From positions 2,368,001 to 2,432,000 of the forward strand of contig OY970192.1 of the NCBI GenBank assembly GCA_963708135.1: a stretch of 64,000 nucleotides of DNA. The letters run 5' to 3'. Every line of letters begins with the position of its first letter. Position 1 is the stretch's first letter. This document shows positions 32,951 to 42,424 of this stretch, one piece after another. The stretch is from an uncultured Gemmatimonadales bacterium. GTDB taxonomy: Bacteria > Gemmatimonadota > Gemmatimonadetes > Longimicrobiales > RSA9. Both the position numbers and the translations under genes were made by a program. Under the pieces are notes generated by a model. The model saw only the letters and a program-made list of their open reading frames with translations. It did no database searches and was not told the origin of the DNA.

Positions 32951-34149
32951 CCGGCTCGTCTCCTCGTCATCCCCTTGCCCCCCGCGGGCGCCGTCGGGAT
33001 CCGGCGGTAGAACCGCTCGACCCGGTCCACGACGCTCCCCCACGACAACTCTCCCTCGGCGAGCAGCCTCGCCCGCCGTCCCGCCTCCACCCGGCCGCAT
33101 GCGTCGTCCAGCGCCTGCGCGACCGCGCCGCCGAATGACTCCGCGTCGGCATCCGCCACCCATCCCAGCCCCCTCGCCTCCACCAGCGAGGCCGCATCCC
33201 CGACGCGTGTCACCGCCACCGGCCGGCCCGCGCTCAGATAGTCGTTCAGCTTCCCCGGCCAGCGGCCCCTGTTCCCCAGCGAATCCGGCATCGCGATGGC
33301 GCCGAGGTCGGCCGCGCCGAGCCACAACGCAAGCGCCTCCGCGGACACGTAGCCCGTGCGGAGCACCGCGCCCGAGCGCTCGAGGTCGGCCGGCACGCTC
33401 ACGCGCGGCTCGCCGATGAGGACCAGGCGAGCATCCGGGTGACGGCGCCGGACCACCCGCAGGCCGTCCGTGAGCAGCGCCATCTCCCCCGCCGTCGATC
33501 GGCCGAGGTAGGCCAACAGGGCGCCGTCCGCCGCAACGCCGAGCCGCGCCCGCGCCTCCGCGCGCTCCATGCAGGGGAGCGCCGGGTCGCAGCCGTTCGG
33601 CACGTGCAGGATCCACTCGGGATCCAGTCCGAGCCCCGCCGCCCGCGCGCGTAGCGCGCCGCTCGCCACCGTGGTCGCCGCCGCACGGCCCCTAAACGCC
33701 TCCTCGAACCACGTCTCGACGGGGCCGAAGAACGTGCGGACCAGCCACCCGGAGCGATCCGCGATCCTGCCGCCGTGTCCCCACCAGTCCGCCCAGTCCA
33801 TGACGAGGCGCGCCCCCGCGCCCTGCCCCGACACCAGGGCCGGCGCGAGGACCGCCGGACGGCAGTCGAAAGCGTGAACCAGGTCCCAGGCACGGCCGCG
33901 GAGCGCCACGATCCTGCGCAACGCATTGACCGGACCCCACCCCTGGCGGGCGCCGCTCCACAGGAGGTCCGGCGCCTCGAGCAGCTCGATTCCATCCCGC
34001 CGCTCGGCGCGCATCCTCAGGCGCGCCGTCCGGCTGGTCGTGACCAGCGTCACCGCGTGCCCCCGCGCCGCCATTCCGCGCGCCAGGAAGAACGCCCGCT
34101 GGAACGTGCCGGTGCCGCGCACGTTGTGGTTGAGAAACAGCATCCGCAC
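32941..34149 (-). CDS. Glycosyltransferase family 4
   Basis: GHAVTLVT, VPNG and PGKLNDYLSAGRPVAVTRVGD (GT-B signature region). Confidence 0.88.
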   Translation of the reverse strand: MRMLFLNHNVRGTGTFQRAFFLARGMAARGHAVTLVTTSRTARLRMRAERRDGIELLEAPDLLWSGARQGWGPVNALRRIVALRGRAWDLVHAFDCRPAVLAPALVSGQGAGARLVMDWADWWGHGGRIADRSGWLVRTFFGPVETWFEEAFRGRAAATTVASGALRARAAGLGLDPEWILHVPNGCDPALPCMERAEARARLGVAADGALLAYLGRSTAGEMALLTDGLRVVRRRHPDARLVLIGEPRVSVPADLERSGAVLRTGYVSAEALALWLGAADLGAIAMPDSLGNRGRWPGKLNDYLSAGRPVAVTRVGDAASLVEARGLGWVADADAESFGGAVAQALDDACGRVEAGRRARLLAEGELSWGSVVDRVERFYRRIPTAPAGGKGMTRRRAGWA

Positions 34150-34164
34150 GGCGCGGCCCGCCCG

Positions 34165-34926
34165 TCAGTACGCGCCCCGGCAGCGCAGGACCGCAGGGAT
34201 CGTGCGCAGCAGGAGCTTCAGGTCGAGCCAGAGGCTCCAGTGCTCGATATAGAGCAGGTCCAGCGCCACCCACTCGTCGAAGTCCGCGATCTCCGAGCGA
34301 CCGCTGACCTGCCAGATGCAGGTGATCCCCGGCGTCACGGCGAGCTTCGCGCGCTGCCACGGCTTGAAGCCGGCGAACTCCTCCGGAAACGGCGGGCGCG
34401 GACCGACCAGGCTCATGTCGCCGCGCAGCACGCTCCAGAGCTGTGGCAACTCGTCCAGGCTGGACTTGCGGAGCCACCGCCCCAGCGGCGTCACCCGCGG
34501 ATCCGTCCGCATCTTGAAGACCGGACCTCGCATCTCGTTGCGCTCGAGCAGCTCCGGCTTCTGCCGGTCCGCGTCCATCACCATCGTGCGGAACTTGTAG
34601 GTCACGAACGGACGCGCACGCTCCCCGAGCGCGTTCCAGCGGTAGAGCACCGGACCGCGGGAGCTCAGCTTCACGGCCACCGCCACGAGGAGGAACACCG
34701 GAGAGAGCACGACCAGCAGCACGGCGGAGAGGACCGCATCGAGCACCCGCTTCGCGACTCGCCGGAGCCGCCACCCACGGGTGCCGGCGCGCGCCGGCAG
34801 GCAGCCGTCCCAGTCGTAACCCGTCCGGGCGTCGGCCACGACCGCCTCGACCGCGGTCGTCGAAGCCGGCGCCGACGCGGCGGCGGACTGCCGTGTTCCG
34901 GCCACCATGCCGACGGAGCGGCTCAT
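34165..34926 (-). CDS. Priming polyprenyl-phosphate sugar phosphotransferase (Bac_transf)
   Basis: KRVLD, YKFRTM, DPRVT, SLDELPQL, GDMSLVGPRP and PGIT motifs; start uncertain. Confidence 0.92.
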   Translation of the reverse strand: MSRSVGMVAGTRQSAAASAPASTTAVEAVVADARTGYDWDGCLPARAGTRGWRLRRVAKRVLDAVLSAVLLVVLSPVFLLVAVAVKLSSRGPVLYRWNALGERARPFVTYKFRTMVMDADRQKPELLERNEMRGPVFKMRTDPRVTPLGRWLRKSSLDELPQLWSVLRGDMSLVGPRPPFPEEFAGFKPWQRAKLAVTPGITCIWQVSGRSEIADFDEWVALDLLYIEHWSLWLDLKLLLRTIPAVLRCRGAY

Positions 34927-34960
34927 GAATGCGCCGGGCACCGCCGGTCCGAGCTCCGCG

Positions 34961-35542
34961 TCACACCTCCGCTGCCCAGCCGGGTGCCGCCGTCGGGCGC
35001 AGCAGCCGGCCATCGACATCCACCTGCAGCCCCTGCCCCACCGCGGCCAGCCCCACCAGCACGCGCTTCCTCCCGCGGCATTCGATCACCCGCCCTTCCA
35101 CACCCCGCAGAGGCCCATCCGTGATGCGCACCCACTGCCCCTCCCGGATCATCGGCGAGAGCTCCGGCTCGACCCCGAGCTGCGCCGCGCCCTGCACGAA
35201 GCGGCGCACGTTCGCCAGCTCCTCGTCCGGGATCGGCGAGGGGAAGCCGCGCGTCCGCACGATGGTCGCGATCCCCGGCGTGGACAGCACGCGATGCACC
35301 TCGCGCAGCGTGAAGCGGCCGAAGACGTAGGACGGGAACAGCGGCCACTCGACGACCTTCTTCCGGTCCTTCCACTGGCGGACCCGCGGCACCAGCGGCA
35401 GGTAATTGGCGATGCCCCGGTTCTCGAGCAGCGAGGACACCTGCTTCTCCGCCCGGGCTCTCGTGTAGCAGGCATACCAGCGTGGCGCTTCGTAGAGGGC
35501 CGGCGGTGGCGTGAGCTCCGATGCGGTTGCGGCAAATTCCAT
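34961..35542 (-). CDS. UpxY/RfaH-like NusG paralog, transcription antiterminator
   Basis: WYACYTRARAEKQV, QWKDRKKVVEWPLFPSYVF and a KOW motif (VRITDGPLRGVEG). Confidence 0.93.
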   Translation of the reverse strand: MEFAATASELTPPPALYEAPRWYACYTRARAEKQVSSLLENRGIANYLPLVPRVRQWKDRKKVVEWPLFPSYVFGRFTLREVHRVLSTPGIATIVRTRGFPSPIPDEELANVRRFVQGAAQLGVEPELSPMIREGQWVRITDGPLRGVEGRVIECRGRKRVLVGLAAVGQGLQVDVDGRLLRPTAAPGWAAEV

Positions 35543-35578
35543 GGCTCCGGGCCTCGCGACGGGGGGAACGGGTACACC

Positions 35579-35618
35579 TTGGCTCTGTCAGTCCCAGGGC
35601 GTATCTGACCTAGCCCAA
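35579..35618 (-). promoter_or_regulatory. Candidate structured leader RNA upstream of the UpxY gene
   Basis: Minus strand TTGGGCT-AG-GTCAG-N13-CTGAC-AG-AGCCAA nested stem in a locally lower-GC stretch. Confidence 0.45.
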
Positions 35619-35744
35619 CGGCTTCGTATCTTAGGAACGCCGGCGCTGCCGCCGGCTGGTGGCCGACTCCGGGACGCCCCGGCACCGGCCCGCGGCCGGC
35701 GCCGCCCCCGGCGATCGAGGGTGGATCGCGGCATCCGCGTGCAG

Positions 35745-35759
35745 GCACATTTCGTACCG
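35745..35759 (-). promoter_or_regulatory. Putative sigma54 -24/-12 promoter
   Basis: CGGTACG-AAAT-GTGC fits GG-N10-GC (consensus TGGCACG-N4-TTGC). Confidence 0.5.
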
Positions 35760-35835
35760 GCGCGTAGCCGGCGGGGGAAGCGCGGGAGGAGGTAGGGACC
35801 CGGGCGCGTGGGGGGCCGGGGCACGGCCGGCGCGG

Positions 35836-37242
35836 TCAGCCGGTGGCGACTTCGATCGGCCGCGACCTGGCCGGCGTGGCCGCGCCGCTGAGGCCCACGA
35901 TGTGGCCGGCGTCATGGGCGTGGATGGCGTTGCGCGTATCGACCACCAGCGGCGCGAGCCGGGCCACGCGGTCGTAATCGATGGCGCTGTGGTCGGTGGC
36001 GACCAGCACGCAATCGGTGGCACGGAGCGCGTCGTCGGTGAGCTCGATGCTCTCGCGCAGCTCGCCGTCCTCGCGCACGACCGGCACGTGCGGGTCGTGG
36101 TAGGAGACGACGCCGCCCTTCTCCTCGAGAAGCCGGATGATGTCGAGCGCGGGGCTCTCGCGCACATCGTCGATGTCTTTCTTGTAGGCGACGCCGAGGA
36201 CCAGCAGCCGGGACCCGTTCACCGCCTTGCGGTGCCGGTTCAGTGCGTCCTGGATCTTGTCCACGACGAAATGCGGCATCTCCGAGTTGATCTCGCTCGC
36301 CAGGTCGATCATGCGCGTGCGGTAGTTGAGCGTCTTCATCTTCCAGGCGAGGTAGTGCGGGTCGAGCGGGATGCAGTGGCCGCCGATGCCGGGGCCGGGG
36401 GTGAAGCGCATGAAGCCGAACGGCTTGGTGGCGGCCGCGTCGATGATCTCCCAGATGTTGACGCCGAGGCGGTCCGCGGCCTGGGCCATCTCGTTGACCA
36501 GCGCGATATTGATCGATCGGAAGGTGTTCTCGAGCAGCTTCGTGAGCTCCGCGGCCTCGGGCGAGCTCACCGGGACCACGGTCTCCATGACGCGCCCGTA
36601 GATGGCCGTGCCGAGCGCGCTGCACGCCACCGTAATGCCGCCGATGACCTTGGGCGTGTTCCGTACGGTCCACGTCGGGTTGCCGGGATCGACGCGCTCG
36701 GGGCTGAAGCAGAGGAAGACGTCAAGGCCGACGACGAGCCCCGTCTCCTCGAGCATCGGCAGCATCAGCTCCCGCGTCGTGCCGGGGTAAGTCGTGGACT
36801 CGAGCACCACGAGCTGGCCGGGACGCAGCGCCGCCTTCACGGCGGCCGTGGCGGACACGACGTAGCTGACGTCCGGGTCGCGCGTCTTCGACAGCGGGGT
36901 GGGGACGCAGATCGCGATGACGTCGCACTCCGCCAGCCGGCTCATGTCCGTCGTGGCCTCGAGCCGGCCCGCCGCGACGGCGCGCTCGACCACCTCCGAA
37001 GGCACGTCCTGCACGTGAGAGCGTCCGGCGTTTAGCGCCTCCGCCACGCGCGCCGAGACGTCGAAACCGAGCACGCGGTAGCCCGCCCGGACGATCTCCG
37101 CCGCGAGGGGCAGCCCGACATAGCCGAGGCCGATGATGCCGCACACCGCGCTGCCGTCCTCGATGCGGGCCCGCAGCGCCTCCGCGCGCGTCCCCGCCTC
37201 CACCTCCCCCGCCGCCAGCCCGCCGTCCTCGATGGCGCTCAT
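35836..37242 (-). CDS. Nucleotide-sugar dehydrogenase (WbpA/WecC/TviB-like)
   Basis: GLGYVGLPLA, ESTTYPGTT, SPERVDPGN, GGHCIPLDP and YKKDIDDVRESP motifs. Confidence 0.93.
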   Translation of the reverse strand: MSAIEDGGLAAGEVEAGTRAEALRARIEDGSAVCGIIGLGYVGLPLAAEIVRAGYRVLGFDVSARVAEALNAGRSHVQDVPSEVVERAVAAGRLEATTDMSRLAECDVIAICVPTPLSKTRDPDVSYVVSATAAVKAALRPGQLVVLESTTYPGTTRELMLPMLEETGLVVGLDVFLCFSPERVDPGNPTWTVRNTPKVIGGITVACSALGTAIYGRVMETVVPVSSPEAAELTKLLENTFRSINIALVNEMAQAADRLGVNIWEIIDAAATKPFGFMRFTPGPGIGGHCIPLDPHYLAWKMKTLNYRTRMIDLASEINSEMPHFVVDKIQDALNRHRKAVNGSRLLVLGVAYKKDIDDVRESPALDIIRLLEEKGGVVSYHDPHVPVVREDGELRESIELTDDALRATDCVLVATDHSAIDYDRVARLAPLVVDTRNAIHAHDAGHIVGLSGAATPARSRPIEVATG

Positions 37243-38726
37243 TCCTGGTCCTCCTGCTCCTGCGCGCAGTGGCGCAGCAGCGCCGCGATCAGGCCTCTGA
37301 TCGTGTGCGTCTCCGCCACGATCGGCACGGGCAGGCCGGCCTCGCGGGCCGTGTTTGCGGTGATCGGCCCGATACAGGCCGCCACGGCGCCATGCAAGTT
37401 TCCGCCCACGGCCTCCACGAACTGCGTCACCGTGGACGACGACGTGAAGGTCACGATATCGATCTCGCCGGCCGCCAGCCGGCGCCGCACCTCCGCGGCT
37501 CCCTCCGCGTCCGGCACGGAACGGTACGCCTCCACCTCCTCGACCGTCGCGCCCAGAGCCTCGAGTCCCGCCGGCAACACCTCCCGCGCGCCGTATGCCC
37601 GCGGCAGCAGGACCCGCGCGCCGCGCAGCGAGCCGAGCGCCGCCATGGCCTCGAGCACCGACTCCGCCACGTAGGTGTCCGGAACCAGGTCCGCGCGCAC
37701 CCCCCACGTCTCCAGCGCGGCGGCCGTGGCCGGACCGATCGCGGCGATCCGGGCCCGCGCCAGCGCACGCGCATCGCGGCCCGCCTCCTCCAGCGCGGCG
37801 TGAAAGCGGTCCACGCCGTTGACCGAGGTGAAGACCACCCAGTCGTAGTCGCGCACGGAGGCGGCGGCCGCCGCGAGCGGCCCCGGGTCGGGCGGCGGCG
37901 CGATCCGGATGACCGGGAAGGCGACGACATCCGCTCCGAGCGCCTCGAGCGCGGCCATGAACTCCCGCGCCTGCGACCGCGCACGGGTCACGACGATCTT
38001 CAGCCCGAAGAGCGGGCGCGCCTCGAACCATTCGAGGCGCGCGCGGTGCGCCACCAGCCCACCCGCCAGCAGGAACAGCGGTCCCGCGAGCGCCGCGGCC
38101 GCCGCCCGCTCCGCGATCCGGCCGAGATCGCCCATCACCGTCCGCTGCCGGGGGGCGCCGCTCCCGGACACCACGAGGGCCGGGGTGTGCTCCGGGAATC
38201 CCTGGCCGAGGAGCGCGTCCGCGACGGCGGGGAGATCCGCCGGGTCGGTCGGGACGACCCGGAGCCCCAGGTGGGCGCCGCGGCCGGCGAGGTCCGCGAG
38301 GGTGCCCAGCGCGAGGGAGGCGGCAGGGGCATCGTCGCCATCCGGAGCCACGAGCGGAACGCCGCTGAACCCCGGCGCGGCGGCCGCGGCGAGCAGCCCG
38401 GGGACGACCTCGACCGCGACGCCGCGCTCGTGGAGCAGCATGGCCTCCCTCACGGCGACGGGGTTGCCCATCGGGTCTCCCGCACAGAGCCGTATCACGA
38501 GGGCGGACTCCTCGGCCGCGGCGGCCATCAAGGCGGCGCGGTCGTCCGGCCCCTCGCCGGGCCCGGCCTCGCGCAGCGCCGCACCGGCTGCGCCGAGGGC
38601 CAGCACGCGGGCGTCGAGTCCGCGGTCGTACAGCACGAGGGTGGCCCGGCCCAGGAGCTCCGCCCCGCGCAGCGTCAGCAGGGCTGGATCACCGGGTCCC
38701 GCACCAACGAAGTGGACCAAGCCCAC
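37239..38726 (-). CDS. hemD: Fused uroporphyrinogen-III methyltransferase-like domain / uroporphyrinogen-III synthase
   Basis: N-terminal GAGPGDP; C-terminal VVTRARSQA, FTSVNGV, IGPATA and FTSSSTV. Confidence 0.88.
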   Translation of the reverse strand: MGLVHFVGAGPGDPALLTLRGAELLGRATLVLYDRGLDARVLALGAAGAALREAGPGEGPDDRAALMAAAAEESALVIRLCAGDPMGNPVAVREAMLLHERGVAVEVVPGLLAAAAAPGFSGVPLVAPDGDDAPAASLALGTLADLAGRGAHLGLRVVPTDPADLPAVADALLGQGFPEHTPALVVSGSGAPRQRTVMGDLGRIAERAAAAALAGPLFLLAGGLVAHRARLEWFEARPLFGLKIVVTRARSQAREFMAALEALGADVVAFPVIRIAPPPDPGPLAAAAASVRDYDWVVFTSVNGVDRFHAALEEAGRDARALARARIAAIGPATAAALETWGVRADLVPDTYVAESVLEAMAALGSLRGARVLLPRAYGAREVLPAGLEALGATVEEVEAYRSVPDAEGAAEVRRRLAAGEIDIVTFTSSSTVTQFVEAVGGNLHGAVAACIGPITANTAREAGLPVPIVAETHTIRGLIAALLRHCAQEQEDQE

Positions 38727-38739
38727 GACTGAGCCCCCC

Positions 38740-39981
38740 TCAAGCTTCGGTCATCATCTCGGCCACGCCCGCGGGCGGCGGCCGCGGGCCGCCGCGGGAC
38801 GGGAACACGGCCTTAAGGAGCGGCGGGGCAAGGAAAGTCGTGACCATCACCATGAACGTCAATACGCTGAAGAGGTTCCGGTCGATGACTTCCTCCGCGA
38901 GACCCATCTGCGCGAAGATGAGCCCGACCTCCCCGCGCGGGATCATGCCGATGCCCACGACGAGCTTGCGGCCGCGGAACCAGAACGGGGCGTAGCCCGC
39001 CAGCAGTTTTCCCGCCACGGCCACCGCGACCAGCGCGACACCCATGAGCGCGATCCTGGGGGAGAGGAAGGCGCGCACGTCCACGGCGGCGCCGACCGAG
39101 ACGAAGAAGATCGGGACGAAGAAGTGTCCGAGCCGGACGACGCCCCGCTGCACGGTCGCCACCTGCGGCGTGGGCGCGAGGACGAGCCCAGCGGCGAAGG
39201 CGCCGATAATGAGCGCCGAGCCGGACGCGTACGCCAGCCACGCCAGCAGGAAGGCCAGCACCAGCGCCATCATGGCCACGGTATCCTCGTTGCCGATGCG
39301 GGCCAGGCCACGGAAGAGCGGCGGCACGAGCACCCTGCCCAGGAGCAGAACGGCTCCGAGGAAGCCGAAGGCGATCGCCGTCGTCAGCACGATCTCCGGC
39401 CCCGTCACCTCCACGCCGGCCACCAGCTTGCCCACGACCGCCAGGATGATCAGCCCGATCACGTCGTCGATCACCGCGGCGCCGAGCACGATCTGGCTCT
39501 CCGGCTCCTGCAGCCGACCCAGATCGGAGAGCACGCGGGCGGTGATCCCCACCGATGTCGCGGTCAGCGCGGCGCCCGCCACCACCATCGCCAGGCCGCT
39601 CAGGCCAAGCAGGCGCAACGCGACGAGCCCCAGCGCGAACGGCGCGACAACGCCCACCACCGCCACCACCGCCGATGTGCCGCCCACGCGCAGCAGGCGC
39701 CGAAGATTCGTCTCGAGGCCGATCTCGAACAGCAGGATCACAACGCCGATCTCGGCGAAAAGGCCCAGCACCGGATCCCTATCCGGCACCAGGCCCAGAA
39801 CGGACGGCCCCAGCAGCACGCCCGCCAGCAGCTCACCCACCACGGCGGGCTGACCCAGCCGCTCCGCGAGCTCGCCCAGGAGCTTGGCGGAGACCAGCAT
39901 GAAGATCAGGTATCCCAGGAAGGTGGGCACGGCGGCGACCGCTCCCGCCCCGCCCGCCACGACCCCGGTGCTGGCGAGCAT
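38740..39981 (-). CDS. Cation:proton antiporter (CPA2, NapA/Kef-type)
   Basis: GELLAGVLLGP, LFEIGLET, ATSVGIT, AAVIDD and GMIPRGEV motifs. Confidence 0.92.
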   Translation of the reverse strand: MLASTGVVAGGAGAVAAVPTFLGYLIFMLVSAKLLGELAERLGQPAVVGELLAGVLLGPSVLGLVPDRDPVLGLFAEIGVVILLFEIGLETNLRRLLRVGGTSAVVAVVGVVAPFALGLVALRLLGLSGLAMVVAGAALTATSVGITARVLSDLGRLQEPESQIVLGAAVIDDVIGLIILAVVGKLVAGVEVTGPEIVLTTAIAFGFLGAVLLLGRVLVPPLFRGLARIGNEDTVAMMALVLAFLLAWLAYASGSALIIGAFAAGLVLAPTPQVATVQRGVVRLGHFFVPIFFVSVGAAVDVRAFLSPRIALMGVALVAVAVAGKLLAGYAPFWFRGRKLVVGIGMIPRGEVGLIFAQMGLAEEVIDRNLFSVLTFMVMVTTFLAPPLLKAVFPSRGGPRPPPAGVAEMMTEA

Positions 39982-39999
39982 CGTTCCTCCTGACCACTG

Positions 40000-40030
40000 A
40001 AAACGCCCGGCACCGCGGAGGTGCCGGGCG
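40000..40030 (-). terminator. Intrinsic terminator of the ribosomal protein operon
   Basis: CGCCCGGCACC-tccgc-GGTGCCGGGCG followed by TTTT on the minus strand, downstream of rpmB. Confidence 0.8.
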
Positions 40031-40063
40031 CCAGGTTCCCGGCCGGGAGCGCGCGGCCTCCGC

Positions 40064-40252
40064 TCAGGCCTTGCGGATCTTCCCCGACGAGATGCAGCGC
40101 GTGCAGACCCGGACGTGCTTCGGTCCCTCCTCCGTCAGGATGTGCACACGGCGCAGATTCGGCTGCCAGGACCGACGCGTGCGGTTGTTCGCGTGGCTGA
40201 CGTTATTGCCGAACCTCGTGCCCTTGTTGCAGATATAGCAGACGCGAGCCAT
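40064..40252 (-). CDS. rpmB: 50S ribosomal protein bL28 (zinc-ribbon type)
   Basis: MARVCYICNKG...GNNVSHANNRTRR...PNL...[14 protein letters not shown]. Confidence 0.96.
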   Translation of the reverse strand: MARVCYICNKGTRFGNNVSHANNRTRRSWQPNLRRVHILTEEGPKHVRVCTRCISSGKIRKA

Positions 40253-40274
40253 CGCTCCTCCTCGCTTCCCGAAT

Positions 40275-40628
40275 CTAGTCGACCAGCTCGATGAGGGCGA
40301 CCTCGGCCGCGTCGCCGGTGCGGTGGCCCAGGTGCAGCACCCGGGTGTAGCCGCCCGGCCGCTCCGCGTAGCGGGGGCCGATCTCATCGAACAGCTTCTT
40401 CAGTGCGACCGCGTCCGAGATCTTGCGCGCCACCAGCCGGCGGGCGTGAAGGTCTCCCCGCTTCGCCTTCGTGATCAGCGGCTCGGCGAAGCGCCGCAGC
40501 TCCTTCGCCTTCTCGACGGTCGTCTCGATGCGGCCGTGCAGGAACAGCGAGGTCGCCATGTTGCGCATCATGGCCTTGCGGTGCTCGGCCGTGCGCGCGA
40601 AATGGCGCCCCTTCTTGCGGTGCCTCAT
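40275..40628 (-). CDS. rplQ: 50S ribosomal protein bL17
   Basis: MRHRKKGR...IETTVEKAKE...RPGGYTR. Confidence 0.98.
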   Translation of the reverse strand: MRHRKKGRHFARTAEHRKAMMRNMATSLFLHGRIETTVEKAKELRRFAEPLITKAKRGDLHARRLVARKISDAVALKKLFDEIGPRYAERPGGYTRVLHLGHRTGDAAEVALIELVD

Positions 40629-41692
40629 GACTCCTGCTCCTCCTCCACCGGCTCGGCCAGGCTCGCCGTCTCCGGAAGCTCCTGATCGACGAGGTACATC
40701 TCGCCGTCCTCGCCTTCCTCCAGCTTCATCCCGAACTGCAGGTTCTGCTCATTCAGGAACTGCCGGATCTCCTCGAGCGACTTGATGCCGAAGTTCTCGA
40801 TGCCCAGCATCTGGTCCTCCGTGCGCTGCACGAGGTCGCCCAGCGTGATGATGTTCTCCTTCTTCAGCGAGTTCACCGACCGGACCGACAGCTCCGCCAG
40901 GTCCTCGATCGGGCGCCGGAACAGGTCGCGCAGCGGCGTCGGCACCCGGACCGCCCCCGGAACCGGCGGCTGCGACTCCGACGGGCCGCTGAAGCGCAGC
41001 ATGTACTCCAGGTGCTTGCGCGCCAGCTCCGCCCCATACGCCACCGCGTCCTCCGGCGACATGCTGCCGTTCGTCTCCACCAGCAGCGTCAGCCGGTCGA
41101 AATCCGTGCGCTGCCCCACGCGCGTCTCCTCGACCGTGAAGTTCGCCCGCAGCACCGGGTTGTAGATCGAATCCACCCGCACCAGGTCGACCGGGCTCCC
41201 CTTCGGGATCACGTGCTGCTCCGCCGGGATGAAGCCGCGCCCCTTGTTCACGTACAGGACCATGTTGACCTCGCGGTCGTCCTGCAGCGTGAACAGGTGG
41301 TGGTCGGGGTTGATGATCGTCACGGGCCCCGTCTTCTCGATCGCTCGCGCCGTCACCGCTCCCGCCTTGTCCACGCGCAGCTCCAGCGTGGCCTCCTCCG
41401 TCTCCTCCTCCAGCGAGAGCACCAGCGTCTTCAGGTTCTGGATGAGCTGGTGCACGTCCTCCACCACGCCCGACACCGTCTGGTGCTCGTGGAGCACGCC
41501 GTCCATCCGGAACGCCCACACCGCCGAGCCGCGCAGCGAGGAGAGCAGGATGCGCCGCACCGTATTGCCCAGCGTCTGGCCGAAGCCACGCTCCAGCGGG
41601 GCCATGACGAACTGCGCCAGGCGACCGTCTTCGGAGCGCTGCACCGCCTCGACGCGCTGCGGCAGTACCAGCCCGGTGAGATCAAGATCCAC
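40625..41692 (-). CDS. rpoA: RNA polymerase alpha subunit
   Basis: PLERGFGQTLGN, RVGQRTDFDRL and ELSVRS motifs. Confidence 0.97.
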   Translation of the reverse strand: MDLDLTGLVLPQRVEAVQRSEDGRLAQFVMAPLERGFGQTLGNTVRRILLSSLRGSAVWAFRMDGVLHEHQTVSGVVEDVHQLIQNLKTLVLSLEEETEEATLELRVDKAGAVTARAIEKTGPVTIINPDHHLFTLQDDREVNMVLYVNKGRGFIPAEQHVIPKGSPVDLVRVDSIYNPVLRANFTVEETRVGQRTDFDRLTLLVETNGSMSPEDAVAYGAELARKHLEYMLRFSGPSESQPPVPGAVRVPTPLRDLFRRPIEDLAELSVRSVNSLKKENIITLGDLVQRTEDQMLGIENFGIKSLEEIRQFLNEQNLQFGMKLEEGEDGEMYLVDQELPETASLAEPVEEEQES

Positions 41693-41788
41693 GTGTACCT
41701 CCCCCTCTATCAGGGATGCCCGGCTTGCCGGGATACGAGAACGTCCTGCGCCGCGCCGCCCTCCTCACTCCGGGCGCGCGCGCCGTGC

Positions 41789-42424
41789 TTACTTCGAGTA
41801 GAGCTCCACGATCAGCTGCTCCTGGACCGCCAGCGGAATGTCCGCGCGGCCCGGGCGCTCGAGCATCCGCCCCGTGCGCGTGCCCCCATCCACGGCCAGC
41901 CAGCGTACGGTGTCGGGACGCGTCTTCGACTCCAGCGAGGCCTGCACCGGCAGGATGTCCTTCGAGCCGGGGGCGATGCGCACCTCGTCACCCGGATACA
42001 CCTCCGCGCTCGGCACGTCGAGGCGCCGGCCGTTCACCTCCACGTGGCCGTGGCGCACGAGCTGTCGCGCCTGGCTCCGGCTCGCGCCGAACCCCATGCG
42101 GTAAACGACGTTGTCGAGCCGCAACTCGAGGCCGACGAGCAGGTTCTCGCCCGTCACGCCCGCCTGCTTCGCGGCTCCCTCGAACAGATTCTTGAAGTAG
42201 CGCTCCGACACGCCGTAGATACGCTTGACCTTCTGCTTCTCACGCAGCTGCAGCGCGTAGTCCGACGTCTTGCGGCGGCGCGCCTGCGTCTGGCCGTGCT
42301 GCCCAGGCGCATAGTTGCGCCGCTCGATCGGGCACTTCTCCGTGTAGCACTTGGTTCCCTTCAGGAACAGCTTCTGCCCCTCGCGGCGGCAGAGCTTGCA
42401 GACCGGACCGGTATAGCGGGCCAT
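41789..42424 (-). CDS. rpsD: 30S ribosomal protein uS4
   Basis: MARYTGPVCKLCRREG...QLREKQK...IVELYSK. Confidence 0.98.
   Translation of the reverse strand: MARYTGPVCKLCRREGQKLFLKGTKCYTEKCPIERRNYAPGQHGQTQARRRKTSDYALQLREKQKVKRIYGVSERYFKNLFEGAAKQAGVTGENLLVGLELRLDNVVYRMGFGASRSQARQLVRHGHVEVNGRRLDVPSAEVYPGDEVRIAPGSKDILPVQASLESKTRPDTVRWLAVDGGTRTGRMLERPGRADIPLAVQEQLIVELYSK

Noticed and set aside
41693..41788. GCAA-tetraloop hairpin in the rpsD-rpoA spacer as a regulatory RNA
   Set aside because: A short GC-rich stem is expected by chance, and no rRNA-mimic motif was recognised.
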